Shown one piece after another: positions 36,201 to 48,254 of a DNA stretch of 64,000 bases. The stretch lies in the NCBI GenBank assembly GCA_002269645.1, contig NIVC01000199.1, positions 372,001 to 436,000 on the forward strand, read 5' to 3'. Each line of letters opens with the position of its first letter. Position 1 is the stretch's first letter. The notes beneath the pieces are model-generated. The model was given only the letters and a program-made list of their open reading frames with translations. It ran no database searches and was not told where the DNA came from. The stretch is from Macrostomum lignano. Its lineage: Eukaryota. A program made the position numbers and the translations under genes.

Positions 36201-39200
36201 TGTTTGACATTGAGTCACGTACACGTTTGACATGATGGCTCTTTTATATTTTACATGGTAGCTCTTTTGTATTTTACATGGTGGCTCTTTAATGTTCGAC
36301 ATGGTAGCTCTTTAATGTTTGACATGGTGGCTCCTTAAGGTTTGACATTAAGTCACGTATATGTGGCTGTTTTATGTTTGACATGATGGCTTTTGTAAAT
36401 TTGACATGGTGGCTCTTTTATGTCTGACATGGTAGTTCTTTTATGTTTGACATAGTGGCTTTTTACTGTTTGAGATTGAGTCACGTGTATGTTTCACATG
36501 GTGGCTCTTTTATGTTCGACATGGTGGCTCTTTAATGTTTGACGTGGTGGCTCTTTAATGTTTGACATGATGGCTCTTTAATGTTTGACATAGTGGCTCT
36601 TTAATGTTTGACGTGGTGGCTCTTTAATGTTTGACATGATGGCTCTTTAATGTTTGACATAGTGGCTCTTTAATGTTCGACATGGTGGCTCTTTAATGTT
36701 TGACGTAGTGGCTCTTTAATTTTTGACATGGTGGCTCTTTAATGTTTGACATGGTGGCTCTTTAATGTTTGTCATGGTTGCTCTTTAATGTTTGACATGC
36801 TGGCTCTTTAATGTTCGACATGGTGGCTCTTTAATGTTCGACATGGTTGCTCTTTTATGTTTGACATGGTGGCTCTTTAATGTTTGACTTGGTGGCTCTT
36901 TAATGTTCGAAATGGTGGCTCTTTAATGTTCGAAATGGTGGTTTTTTAATGTTTGACATAAAAACACCTATATGTTTGACATAAAGTCACTGATATGTTT
37001 GACATAAAGTCACTTTTACGTTTGACTAGTGGCTCTTTAAAGTTTGACATGGTGGCTCTTTAATATTCTACATGGTGGCTCTTTAATGTTCGACATGGTG
37101 GCTCTTTTATGTTTGACATGGTGGCTATTTAATGTTCGAAATAGTGGCTCTTTAGTGTTTGACACGGTGGCTTTTTAATGTTCGACATAGTGGCTCTTTA
37201 ATATTCTACATTCTGGCTCTTTTATGTTCGATATGGTGATTCTTTAATTTTCTTCATGGTGGCTCTTTAATATTCGAAATGGTGGCTCTTTCATGTTCGA
37301 AATGGTGGCTCTTTAATGTTCCACATGGTGGCTCTTTAATGTTTGACATGCTAGCTCTTTAATGTTCGACATAGTGACTCTTTTACGTTTGACATGGTGG
37401 CACTTTAATGTTAGACATGGTGGCTCTTTAATGTTAGACATGGTGGCTCTTTAATGTTAGACATGGTGGCTCTTTAATGTTCGACATGGTGGCTCTTTAA
37501 TGTTAGAAATGGTGGCTCTTCTATGTTTGACATGGTGGCTCTTCTATTTTTGACATGGTGGCTCTTTAATGTTCGACATGGTGGTTCTTTAATGTTCGAC
37601 ATGGTGGTTATTTAATGTTTGACATGGTGGCTCTTTAATGTTCGACATGGTGGCTCTTTAATGTTCTACATGGTGGCCCTTTAATGTTCGACATGGTGGC
37701 TCTTTACTGTTAGACATGGTGGCTCTTTAATGTTCGATATGGTGGCACTTTAATGTTTGACATCATGCCAGATTTATGTTTAACATGGTGGCTCTTTAAT
37801 GTTCTTCATGATGTAGCTCTTTTATGTTACACATGGTGGCACTTTAACGTTCGACATGGTGGCTCTTTAATGTTTGACATAAAGTCACATATATGTTTGA
37901 CATGGTGGCTCTTTTATGTTCGACATGGTGGCTCTTTTATGTTCGACATGGTGGCTCTTTAATGTTTGACATGGTGGCTCCTAATTGTTTGACATGGTGG
38001 CTCTTTAATGTTCAAAATGGTGGCTCGTTAATGTTCAAAATGGTGGCTCTTTAATGTTCGAAATGGTGGCTCTTTTATGTTTGACATGGTGGGTCTTTTA
38101 TGTTTGACATGATGGCCCTTTTATATTTTACATGGTAGCTCTTTTATATTTTACATGGTGGCTCTTTATGTTTGACATGGTGTCTCTTCTATGTTTGACA
38201 TGGTGGCTCTTTAATGTTCGCCATGGTGGCTCTTTTATGTTTGACATGGTGTCTCTTCTTTGTTTGACATGGTGGCTAAGTTGTTTGACATTTGGCTCTT
38301 TAATGTTTGACATTGAGTCACGTATACGTTTGACATGATGGCGCTTTAATGTTTGACATGGAGTCACGTATATGTTTAAAATGGTGGCTCTTTTATGTTT
38401 GGCATGGTGACTCTTTTATGTTTGACATGGTGGCTCTTTAATGTTCGACATGGTGGCTCTTTAATGTTTGACATTGAGTCACGTACACGTTTGACATGAT
38501 GGCTCTTTTATATTTTACATGGTAGCTCTTTTGTATTTTACATGGTGGCTCTTTAATGTTCGACATGGTAGCTCTTTAATGTTTGACATGGTGGCTCCTT
38601 AAGGTTTGACATTAAGTCACGTATATGTGGCTGTTTTATGTTTGACATGATGGCTTTTGTAAATTTGACATGGTGGCTCTTTTATGTCTGACATGGTAGT
38701 TCTTTTATGTTTGACATAGTGGCTTTTTACTGTTTGAGATTGAGTCACGTGTATGTTTCACATGGTGGCTCTTTTATGTTCGACATGGTGGCTCTTTAAT
38801 GTTTGACGTGGTGGCTCTTTAATGTTTGACATGATGGCTCTTTAATGTTTGACATAGTGGCTCTTTAATGTTTGACGTGGTGGCTCTTTAATGTTTGACA
38901 TGATGGCTCTTTAATGTTTGACATAGTGGCTCTTTAATGTTCGACATGGTGGCTCTTTAATGTTTGACGTAGTGGCTCTTTAATTTTTGACATGGTGGCT
39001 CTTTAATGTTTGACATGGTGGCTCTTTAATGTTTGTCATGGTTGCTCTTTAATGTTTGACATGCTGGCTCTTTAATGTTCGACATGGTGGCTCTTTAATG
39101 TTCGACATGGTTGCTCTTTTATGTTTGACATGGTGGCTCTTTAATGTTTGACTTGGTGGCTCTTTAATGTTCGAAATGGTGGCTCTTTAATGTTCGAAAT

Positions 39201-40440
39201 GGTGGTTTTTTAATGTTTGACATAAAAACACCTATATGTTTGACATAAAGTCACTGATATGTTTGACATAAAGTCACTTTTACGTTTGACTAGTGGCTCT
39301 TTAAAGTTTGACATGGTGGCTCTTTAATATTCTACATGGTGGCTCTTTAATGTTCGACATGGTGGCTCTTTTATGTTTGACATGGTGGCTATTTAATGTT
39401 CGAAATAGTGGCTCTTTAGTGTTTGACACGGTGGCTTTTTAATGTTCGACATAGTGGCTCTTTAATATTCTACATTCTGGCTCTTTTATGTTCGATATGG
39501 TGATTCTTTAATTTTCTTCATGGTGGCTCTTTAATATTCGAAATGGTGGCTCTTTCATGTTCGAAATGGTGGCTCTTTAATGTTCCACATGGTGGCTCTT
39601 TAATGTTTGACATGCTAGCTCTTTAATGTTCGACATAGTGACTCTTTTACGTTTGACATGGTGGCACTTTAATGTTAGACATGGTGGCTCTTTAATGTTA
39701 GACATGGTGGCTCTTTAATGTTAGACATGGTGGCTCTTTAATGTTCGACATGGTGGCTCTTTAATGTTAGAAATGGTGGCTCTTCTATGTTTGACATGGT
39801 GGCTCTTCTATTTTTGACATGGTGGCTCTTTAATGTTCGACATGGTGGTTCTTTAATGTTCGACATGGTGGTTATTTAATGTTTGACATGGTGGCTCTTT
39901 AATGTTCGACATGGTGGCTCTTTAATGTTCTACATGGTGGCCCTTTAATGTTCAACATGGTGGCTCTTTACTGTTAGACATGGTGGCTCTTTAATGTTCG
40001 ATATGGTGGCACTTTAATGTTTGACATCATGCCAGATTTATGTTTAACATGGTGGCTCTTTAATGTTCTTCATGATGTAGCTCTTTTATGTTACACATGG
40101 TGGCACTTTAACGTTCGACATGGTGGCTCTTTAATGTTTGACATAAAGTCACATATATGTTTGACATGGTGGCTCTTTTATGTTCGACATGGTGGCTCTT
40201 TTATGTTCGACATGGTGGCTCTTTAATGTTTGACATGGTGGCTCCTAATTGTTTGACATGGTGGCTCTTTAATGTTCAAAATGGTGGCTCGTTAATGTTC
40301 GAAATGGTGGCTCTTTAATGTTCGAAATGGTGGCTCTTTTATGTTTGACATGGTGGGTCTTTTATGTTTGACATGGTGGCTCTTCTATGTTTGACATGGT
40401 AACTCTTTTATGTTCGATATGTTGGCTCTTCTATGTTTGA
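33230..40440. repeat. 23-bp minisatellite array (about 7.2 kb) with a 3 x 2264-bp higher-order repeat (33572-40375)
   Basis: Period 23. Identical landmarks recur at 33572/35836/38100 and 35489/37753/40017. Confidence 0.96.
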
Positions 40441-40514
40441 CATTGCGCTTCTTTGATGTTTAGCAGTTTTGTTGTGTTTTTAAGGTGTTTTAATAAAAAA
40501 ATCTTTTTGCACTA

Positions 40515-40572
40515 CTAAGATTCGAACCCAGGTCGCTATATTAGCATTCCAGTCTGTTCGCATCAGGGCTAT
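40515..40572 (-). other. Decayed tRNA/SINE-like segment with a Pol III B-box
   Basis: Minus strand GATAGCCCTGATGCG...ACCTGGGTTCGAATC. The B-box is clear, the A-box is degenerate, and there is no full cloverleaf. Confidence 0.4.
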
Positions 40573-41889
40573 CTCTTTTCAATTGGAGAACATGAATTGT
40601 GGCCCTTATAATTCAATTCTTACAGCAAGTCAATTGGAGTAAAAAGTTATGACATAATCAATTTCTCAGTCAGCCAGTATCAGTCTCACTTCAAGTTAGC
40701 AATATGGTTACGCAATCTAAATCATGTCGTGTGTGCATTTCTTCGGCACTGTTTTCTACTTGTTGTGATGCAATCTTTATCACAATCGGAATTCAGTCAG
40801 TCAGTTTTTTCTCTAGCATTCTTACAATGCATCTCAAGTCGAAAATTTTGCGTGACCTTTGCAAAAAAGCATGTTTTTCAAATATTTAATCCCTTTAACA
40901 TTGAGCAATTTCTTAGCCAAGATGCATGTACCGTCCCAGGAAAATTTCTGATCGAATGGTGCAAGTTTGAAGAAAATCGGTTGAGCCAATTTTTCTGAAA
41001 TCTATCGCATACCCACAGACAACTCATTTTTAGTATATAGGAAGAAGACAATTATAAGATGTCTTAAGACAACTTCTTTTTGATCGGGTAAGGATGGCTC
41101 AAACAATTTTCTTTGAACCTATCTACTATTTTGCCATTACTATATGACTTTCCAGTTCTCAATATTTCCTGAAATGTATATTCCTTTTTAAAATTTTTAG
41201 TATACTGTTGAGGTGGGGGCAGAGAAGAATTTTTTTGGTATTCTTGGGTTTTGAAATATTGGCTGACACCAGTGAGGTGGGGCGGATTCCTCGTTTGAAT
41301 TGCCGCCGATGTTGAGTTCGCACAAATTAAATCCGAAAAATCGCGTAGATGAATCACAACAAATTTTTTTCTCCTTTTACTCCGACTGCTGGGTTCTCAA
41401 GTCCGGGGGGAAGGTAGTTGTAATCGTAGCAGAACGGTTGTGTAGTGGCGCGGTTTCAAAGCGATGAAACACTGGAGATTGTTGGCACCATAAATTAATG
41501 TGTCGTTTTGCTCAGCTCATTACTTTCAATAGGGTAGTTGCTGCCACCACCGTAATTTACATATTACGGATCGGATAAGTCTCAGAGCTATCTTTGAGAT
41601 GAGAACTTGGTTGTTTTACATCCACGGGCAAATGACTCAATAAATATTATGGCTTATAGTTCAACAAATAAATATGGTTTGGCATTTATTAAGTTTCTTA
41701 ATAAATTAAATGGTGCAGGCTTATTAATTAATACTGAATTATTAAAGGCTACGAGAGAGTAATTCGTTTGCGGCGCCGGATAAATATAACAAGTTAAGAA
41801 AACTAGCGAATAGAAAACAAATGGAAGAGGAGGCGCAAAAAGGGAGGGACCAGAGGGAGTTACAATTTCGCCTCAAAATGGAGGGTTTA

Positions 41890-42240
41890 AATACAGATAA
41901 AAAACTGTTCTCCAGCTAGAGCAGTGACTGGACTGAGCGATGGACAGGCACCGCACAAGCGCTGGATCACGCTAAAAAATACCGTAAAGGAGCTCGTTCC
42001 AACAAATGGTTCAGACTGTGGGCACGATTGTGCACCACATGGAAACCACAATGGGATACAAATTGGGCACAATTCCAAACTATGGAGGAAAAATGGATGA
42101 ACATCGCACAGACAGTTCTTGCCAAGCCAAAATTTGTCACCAATTTAGAACTTCGATCAAAAGTGGCATCCGCCTGCCACACTGTTGTACTTCTTAATGC
42201 TTTATTGCTTCCACAAGTATAGAAGCTGATCACTGGAAAA
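41890..42240 (-). pseudogene. MULE transposase relic
   Basis: ALRSTTVWQADATFDRSSKL resembles the W..DGTF...PK motif. In another frame, QRLCGACPSLSPVTALA resembles the pre-DFE region. Confidence 0.5.
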
Positions 42241-42712
42241 ATATATTAAATAAAAGACTAGAAGTTAAACAAATATAAAATAAATTTAACAAAGAATCAA
42301 GCCAAGTCCATAGTCTGTTTCCTGCTTGGAGTTAGGTTGGATGAAAACTGATGAAATTTCATCATTTATGCCATTATGCCAGGCTTATGCACTACATGCC
42401 AGGCATAATGCCTGGACTAAGGTAGGGGAGGCAGTTTGTACAAACATTTTTTTCTTCAAAAAAGTTTATTAATGTTTCCATTTGTATATTAAAATTAAAA
42501 CTTTAAAACATATAAGTATAAAAAAAATAATAAAATAAAAGTTTTTGTGTTACAGTACAATTTCTAGGATTTAAACTTTGTTTTACTTTTGATAAATAAT
42601 AAAATATGTTGTTATTTAAATTCTCTATTTTATTCAAATATTTGAAATAAGTTATGGTCATTGAAACCATAGTCACATTTATTTTAGGTTAGGGAAATAT
42701 GCCCATGCTTGG

Positions 42713-42861
42713 GCGCAACCTTGGGATTCACTTGGCCGTTTCTATTGGCAACACACACATGTATGTCGCTATTGGACAGAATAGTAGACTGCTCTCAGCC
42801 AATAGCGACTTACATGTGTGTGTTGCCAATAGAAACAGCCAAGTGATTCCCAAGGTTGCGC
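42713..42861. repeat. 149-bp near-perfect palindrome (63-bp arms, 23-nt loop)
   Basis: GCGCAACCTTGGGATTCACTTGGCCGTTTCTATTGGCAACACACACATGTATGTCGCTATTGG pairs with 42799-42861 with few mismatches. Confidence 0.9.
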
Positions 42862-43512
42862 ACGTATGAATATGCCAAAGGATCATCTATAGTTGTTTTT
42901 ATGCCAGTCATTTATGCCAATCCATTTTTCTATTAATTCTTATGCCAAGCATTTATGCAAAGACTAATTTTTGTCTAGAATTATGCCAGAGATTTCCAGC
43001 ATAACTGTAATAAAATGGACTGTGGAGCTAAGTTAGTCCAATAAAGATAAAGAGAAAATAAGATTAAACCTAAACAGTCATATATGAAAACTATTTCAGA
43101 CAACAGTTAGCTAAAAGGAACACATCTAAGAATTTGCTATGGTGCATGGTCATAGCATATCTCTACCAGGTTTGGGAAAATCTATGGCATATACTGAATG
43201 GCTTGCTCACTAAACATTCCAAGTAAGCTACCAGTGATGTTGCAAAAGGCACAGATACTATATAATATTATAATAATGTTAATATAATATTATATGAATA
43301 TAAAATAATTATAAGATACAAGAATATAATAATAAGATAATACTGTTAGATAGTATCTGTGGCAAAAGGTTTATATATATAGTGTAGTAGCATATGCACC
43401 TTGGGGAAAATCAATAGACTAAGCAGCTCAAATGCAACTTTGAATTACAAAATTTACTGCTAAAAATTTGCGTAGCTAAGAACCCTACATTATCATCCTA
43501 CACGAGTTCAAA

Positions 43513-44090
43513 TCAAGCATAAAAAATGCAATTCATTATGCCAAGCATCAGGTACAGTTCTGGTAGAGGCAGAATGAACAGAATCTTGCCTTTATCCTCT
43601 GCTTGAAGCAAAGGGGCCTCAATGCAGTTTTGGAACTTCTTTGCATTATTCCTCTCTTTGCCACTATTGGCATAGTCCAAGGCCATCTGCCATATTCTTC
43701 CAATAGTTCTTATTGGGCCACAGATAAGGTCCACAACCTTCATGTTGGCTGCTACTGCACTCACTATTATTCCTCCAAGGCTCAAATGCTAAAAAAGAAC
43801 TTTAATGTTGTTGTAGCACTCACTGTCTGGTAATAGCATCAGCTTCTTCATTCCAGAATCGCAAATAGCTGGTCCTTTGACAATGGATTTTCTTGACTCT
43901 CACCTTGACGCAGCAGGCTGGCACAAATTAAATAGTCCATCGCCTCTGTCAAGACCAAGCTTCATGTCGACATCTGTGTAGCCCCTCTCAGAAGCGACCT
44001 TCTCAGTCAAGCCTCGCACATTGCTGCAGATTGTGGCGTTATTGCTATCAACTTCTAGCAACTTGCCAGTTGAAAAGGTTACTGTGACAA
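43513..44090 (-). pseudogene. DNA-transposon transposase relic (CMC/Chapaev-Transib-like; family tentative)
   Basis: ERG..DMKLGLDRGDGLFNLC, DSGMKKLMLL, ECYNNIKVLF, NMKVVDLICG, RTIGRI..NAKKFQNCI..PLL..LPLPELYLMLGIMN, with frameshifts. Confidence 0.6.
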
Positions 44091-44484
44091 GAATCGCTTA
44101 ATAATTGCAAACAACTCTCTAGTGACTCTAGCGACTCCAGGATGACTCTTGTGACTCTATGAGCCTTGAAATACCTAAAATCCCCTGTATGAGCCTTGAC
44201 ATATCAGCAATTCTTTCGGTGAGCCCACAGATACTTAAATAACTGGATTGGCCACTCAGGCACATATACTTAGTAAAATTGCTTTCTACTTTCAGTTCAG
44301 TAGCAAAGAAGAATACATAAGCTATTTTATAAAAATAAAGGCAGCTGAAATGGCTTCGATAAGTTTAGAAGGCCAAGCTTGCAGGCGTAAACAACTTGCT
44401 AATTGGTTCAGCCAGAATGTACATTGGCCAGTCCACTGAAATGTACATGGCAGCTTATGGCTGGAATTCCGAGAAAGGCAATAA

Positions 44485-44565
44485 AATTGGGGCGGGACGG
44501 TTGTGGGGTAGTGGGAAATGCGCGATTAGAGGGTTTAAGCTGGGGGAGGTAAGAGCCAATAAATG
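44485..44565 (+). promoter_or_regulatory. Putative TRAP1 promoter elements (GC box, CCAAT)
   Basis: GGGGCGGGA near 44489 and GCCAAT near 44556. They lie upstream of a probable 5'UTR intron (GTGAG 44678 to TTTTCAG 44770). Motif-only evidence. Confidence 0.25.
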
Positions 44566-44821
44566 AGCCTTGACTTTAAAAATACATTAAAATGCTTTTG
44601 TCTAACTACTACTAAACTGAAAGTAGCTTACACGCAAATGTGCTGAGTGACCCATCTAGTTATTCTAGTATCTGCAGGTGAGCCTAAATAAAATAGTAAT
44701 AACTCCTAAATATTGTAATAGTAGCCAAATAAACTTATAAAGCTGATTATGTCTGCTTTTCACTTTTCAGATCTTTCTGTTTAGAAAAAACAGCAATTTT
44801 TGTAGTTGAATACAATAAGCC

Positions 44822-45598
44822 ATGTCTACTACATTGCTGCGCCTCTCAGCCAATGCCGCGACACTTGCCCGGCATCTACCCGTATATGGTCGCTGTTTGA
44901 CCAATTGCGCTGCATTGACAGCAATGACAGCTACTCCCACTATTAGACCTACCTGGCAATTAGGCAAGACTCGATTTTCTTCCATCGCCGCTCTCTACAA
45001 CAATCGCCGACCATTGTCAACAACCTCGTCATCAGCTTCATCAGCACCGGAGCCTGATCCAGACTATCACAGCATCATCAGCAATGCCGAGCGAAGTCGC
45101 GGCTCATCGGAGCGACACGCCTTTCAAGCGGAAACTCGCCAATTATTAGACATTGTTGCCAAGTCATTGTACAGCGATAGGCACGTGTTTGTTCGCGAAT
45201 TAGTGTCCAACGCTAGCGACGCTTTGGAGAAGCTGCGCCATTTGAGATTGTCCTCGGCGGCTGACAGCAACCAGCAGTTTGGTCCGCTAGAGATTCACCT
45301 GCAAACTGATGAGGATAAACGAACTCTAACTATACAGGACACCGGTATTGGCATGACGCGAGATGAAGCCGTGTCTAATTTAGGCACTATAGCAAGGTCT
45401 GGCAGTCAAGAGTTTATCAAGCAGGCAGCATCGGGCTCCGGAGGTCAGACTGCCTCCGCCTCTGTGATTGGCCAATTTGGCGTTGGCTTCTATGCCTCGT
45501 TTATGGTGGCCGATAAAATTGACGTCTACAGCCAGAGCAGCTGTCAGGCCGATGCTAAACCTGTCAAGTGGAGCTCAGATGGATTGGGGAGCTATGAG
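44822..45598 (+). CDS. TRAP1: TRAP1 / mitochondrial HSP90 (HSP75), exon 1
   Basis: Arg/Ser-rich presequence, then [67 protein letters not shown]. Donor GAG|GT. The five exons total 2217 nt, 738 aa. Confidence 0.96.
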
Positions 45599-45679
45599 GT
45601 TGGTGTGATTTGCCTAGCTTAGCAGTGATCCAAAGTATGCGGCTTTGTTTTGGGGCATTGTGCTGCTCACGACTCTAAA

Positions 45680-46390
45680 TTGGCGCTCAAGTCTCACCTA
45701 TGAGCCTCATATGGCGCTCAAGTCTCACCTATGAGCCTCATATGGCGCTCAAGTCTCACCTATGAGCCTCATATGGCGCTCAAGTCTCACCTATGAGCCT
45801 CATATGGCGCTCAAGTCTCACCTATGAGCCTCATATGGCGCTCAAGTCTCACCTCTGAGCCTCAATTGGCGCTCAAGTCTCACCTATGAGCCACAATTGG
45901 CGCTCCAGTCTCACCTATGAGCCTCATATGGCGCTCAAGTCTCACCTATGGGGCTAAATTGGCGCTTAAGTTTCATTTATGGCGCTAAATTGGCGCTCGT
46001 CTCACCTATGGCGCTAAATTTTCGCTCAAGTCTCACCTATGAGCCTCAATTGGCGCTCAAGTCTCACCTATGAGCCTCAATTGCCAAATTGGCGCTCAAG
46101 TCTCACCTATGAGCCTCATATGGCGCTCAGGTCTCACCTATGAGCCTCAATTGGCGCTCAATTCTCACCTATGAGCCTCATATGGCGCTCAGGTCTCACC
46201 TATGAGCCTCAATTGGCGCTCAATTCTCACCTATGAGCCTCATATGGCGCTCAGGTCTCACCTATGAGCCTCAATTGGCGCTCAAGTCTCACCTATGAGC
46301 CACAGTTGGCGCTCCAGTCTCCTATGGGGCTAAATTGGCGCTCAAGGTTCACATATGGCGCTAAATTGGCGCTAAAGTCTCACCTAGGAT
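45680..46390. repeat. TRAP1 intron 1: 31-bp minisatellite (ATATGGCGCTCAAGTCTCACCTATGAGCCTC)n
   Basis: Period 31. Confidence 0.95.
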
Positions 46391-46459
46391 GCTAATTAAA
46401 ACATCTCTATTGTCTTTTTCATAAATAAGCAAGTGATGCTACTCTCCAATCCTGCACAG

Positions 46460-46716
46460 GTATCAGAGGCCGAGAACGTCAGCCCAGGCACCAAGATAGT
46501 GCTACACCTGAAGCCTGACTCTCTAGAATTTGCTAAAGACGAGAATTTGCGCACTATTGTGCAGCGCTACAGCGGCTTCGTTGCGGCCCCAATCTTTGTT
46601 AATGGACGGCGGGTGAATCCTGCGGAGCCATTGTGGCTCAAGGATGCCAGCAAAGTGACGCAAGAGGAGCACCAAGAGTTTTATAGGCTCGTATCCGGGG
46701 CCTATGATGCGCCTAG
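46460..46716 (+). CDS. TRAP1: TRAP1 exon 2
   Basis: CACAG|GTA..CCTAG|GTAA, phase 0-2. GTKIVLHLK..EF..IVQRYSGFV. Confidence 0.95.
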
Positions 46717-46794
46717 GTAATCCAGATGTTCTTTTAGAGTGCTCATTTCTCTACTGCTAATATCTAGACTTTTAAATTTGATCATAAAATCTGT

Positions 46795-47800
46795 CGCTTT
46801 ATCTACCCATAGAATCGCCCTTATCTACCCATAGAATCGCCCTTATCTACCCATAGAATCGCCCTTATCTACCCATAGAATCGCCCTTCTACCCATAGAA
46901 TCGGCCTTATCTACCCATAGAATCGCCCTTATCTAACCATAGAATCGCCCTTATCTAACCATAGAATCGCCCTTATCTACCCATAGAATCGCCCTTCTAC
47001 CCATAGAATCGGCCTTATCTAACCATAGAATCGCCCTTATCTAACCATAGAATCGCCCTTATCTACTCATAAAATCGCTCTTATCTACCCATAGAATCGC
47101 GCCCTTATCTAACCATAGAATCGCCCTTATCTAACCATAGAATCGCCCTTATCTACCCATAGAATCGCCCTTCTACCCATAGAATCGGCCTTATCTACCC
47201 ATAGAATCGCCCTTATCTAACCATAGAATCGCCCTTATCTAACCATAGAATCGCCCTTATCTACTCATAGAATCGCTCTTATCTACCCATAGAATCGCGC
47301 CCTTATCTAACCATAGAATCGCCCTTATCTAACCATAGAATCGCCCTTATCTACCCATAGAATCGCCCTTCTACCCATAGAATCGGCCTTATCTACCCAT
47401 AGAATCGCCCTTATCTAACCATAGAATCGCCCTTATCTAACCATAGAATCGCCCTTATCTACTCATAGAATCGCTCTTATCTACCCATAGAATCGCCCTT
47501 ATCTAACCATAGAATCGCCCTTATCTAACCATAGAATCGCCCTTATCTACTCATAGAATCGCTCTTATCTACTCATAGAATCGCTCTTATCTACCATAGA
47601 ATCGGCCTTATCTACCCATAGAATCGCCCTTATCTACCCATAGAATCGGCCTTATCTAACCATAGAATCGCCCTTCTACCCATAGAATCGGCTTTATCTA
47701 ACCATAGAATCGCCCTTCTACCCATAGAATCGGCTTTATCTAACCATAGAATCGCCCTTCTACCCATAGAATCGGCTTTATCTAACCATAGCATCGCCCT
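46795..47800. repeat. TRAP1 intron 2: 22-bp minisatellite (CCATAGAATCGCCCTTATCTAC)n
   Basis: Period 22. Confidence 0.95.
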
Positions 47801-47862
47801 ACCATCATAGGTGCTCTAGGCTGCTGTAGTAATCAATCACCGCCATTAACCTACTGACCCAG

Positions 47863-48192
47863 GTACGTGTTCTCGTACAAGACGGACGCTCCTCTGAACC
47901 TCCGCGCCCTGCTGTACATCCCGGAGTCCAAGCCGGCCCTATGGGAGATGAGTCGAGACTCGGAGTCAGGCGTGGCCCTCTACTCCAAAAGGGTGCTGGT
48001 GCTGCCCAAAGCTCAGCCGCTTCTGCCAAGATGGCTGCGATTTCTCAAAGGCGTTGTGGACTCGGAAGATGTACCGCTAAACCTCAGCAGAGAGCTGCTG
48101 CAGGACAGCAGGCTGATTAGAAGGATTAACCTGGCACTGACTGGGCGTGTTATTCGGTTTCTTAGCGAGCAGGCTAAGAAAGATGCTGAGAA
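47863..48192 (+). CDS. TRAP1: TRAP1 exon 3
   Basis: CCCAG|G..AA|GTGAGT, phase 2-2. LPRWLRFLKGVVDSEDVPLNLSRELLQ. Confidence 0.96.
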
Positions 48193-48254
48193 GTGAGTTA
48201 GTTGATGGCCGTTGATGCTTTTAAATCCCCCGGCTTTGAATTATGAAAATTTTG

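Larger units (their letters stand above)
32653..41045 (-). mobile_element. Non-autonomous Helitron/Helentron-like element, copy 2 (apparently complete, 8.4 kb, mostly satellite)
   Basis: The 3' end is hairpin GTCCCCC-ATT-GGGGGGC, 8 nt, then CTAG|T. The inferred 5' end is T|TCTTCCTATATACTAAAAA...AACCGATTTTCTTCAAACTTGCAC. The flanks rejoin into the host TIR element arm. Confidence 0.78.
30171..41088. mobile_element. TA-flanked TIR element (CCC termini, AAGACATCTT-rich subterminals), about 2.5 kb net, interrupted by Helitron-like copy 2
   Basis: TA|CCCAATCAAAAAAAGTTGTCTTAA matches the reverse complement of TTAAGACAACTTCTTTTTGATCGGG|TA. The right subterminal region is split between about 32510-32652 and 41046-41088. 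Confidence 0.75.

Noticed and set aside
40515-40590. Functional tRNA gene
   Set aside because: Only the B-box/T-arm is recognisable. The acceptor and anticodon stems cannot be formed.
45599-45622. TRAP1 ending at the exon-1 read-through stop (and similar ORF-track ends for DTYMK and innexin)
   Set aside because: Canonical GT-AG junctions join all exons in frame into full-length proteins.
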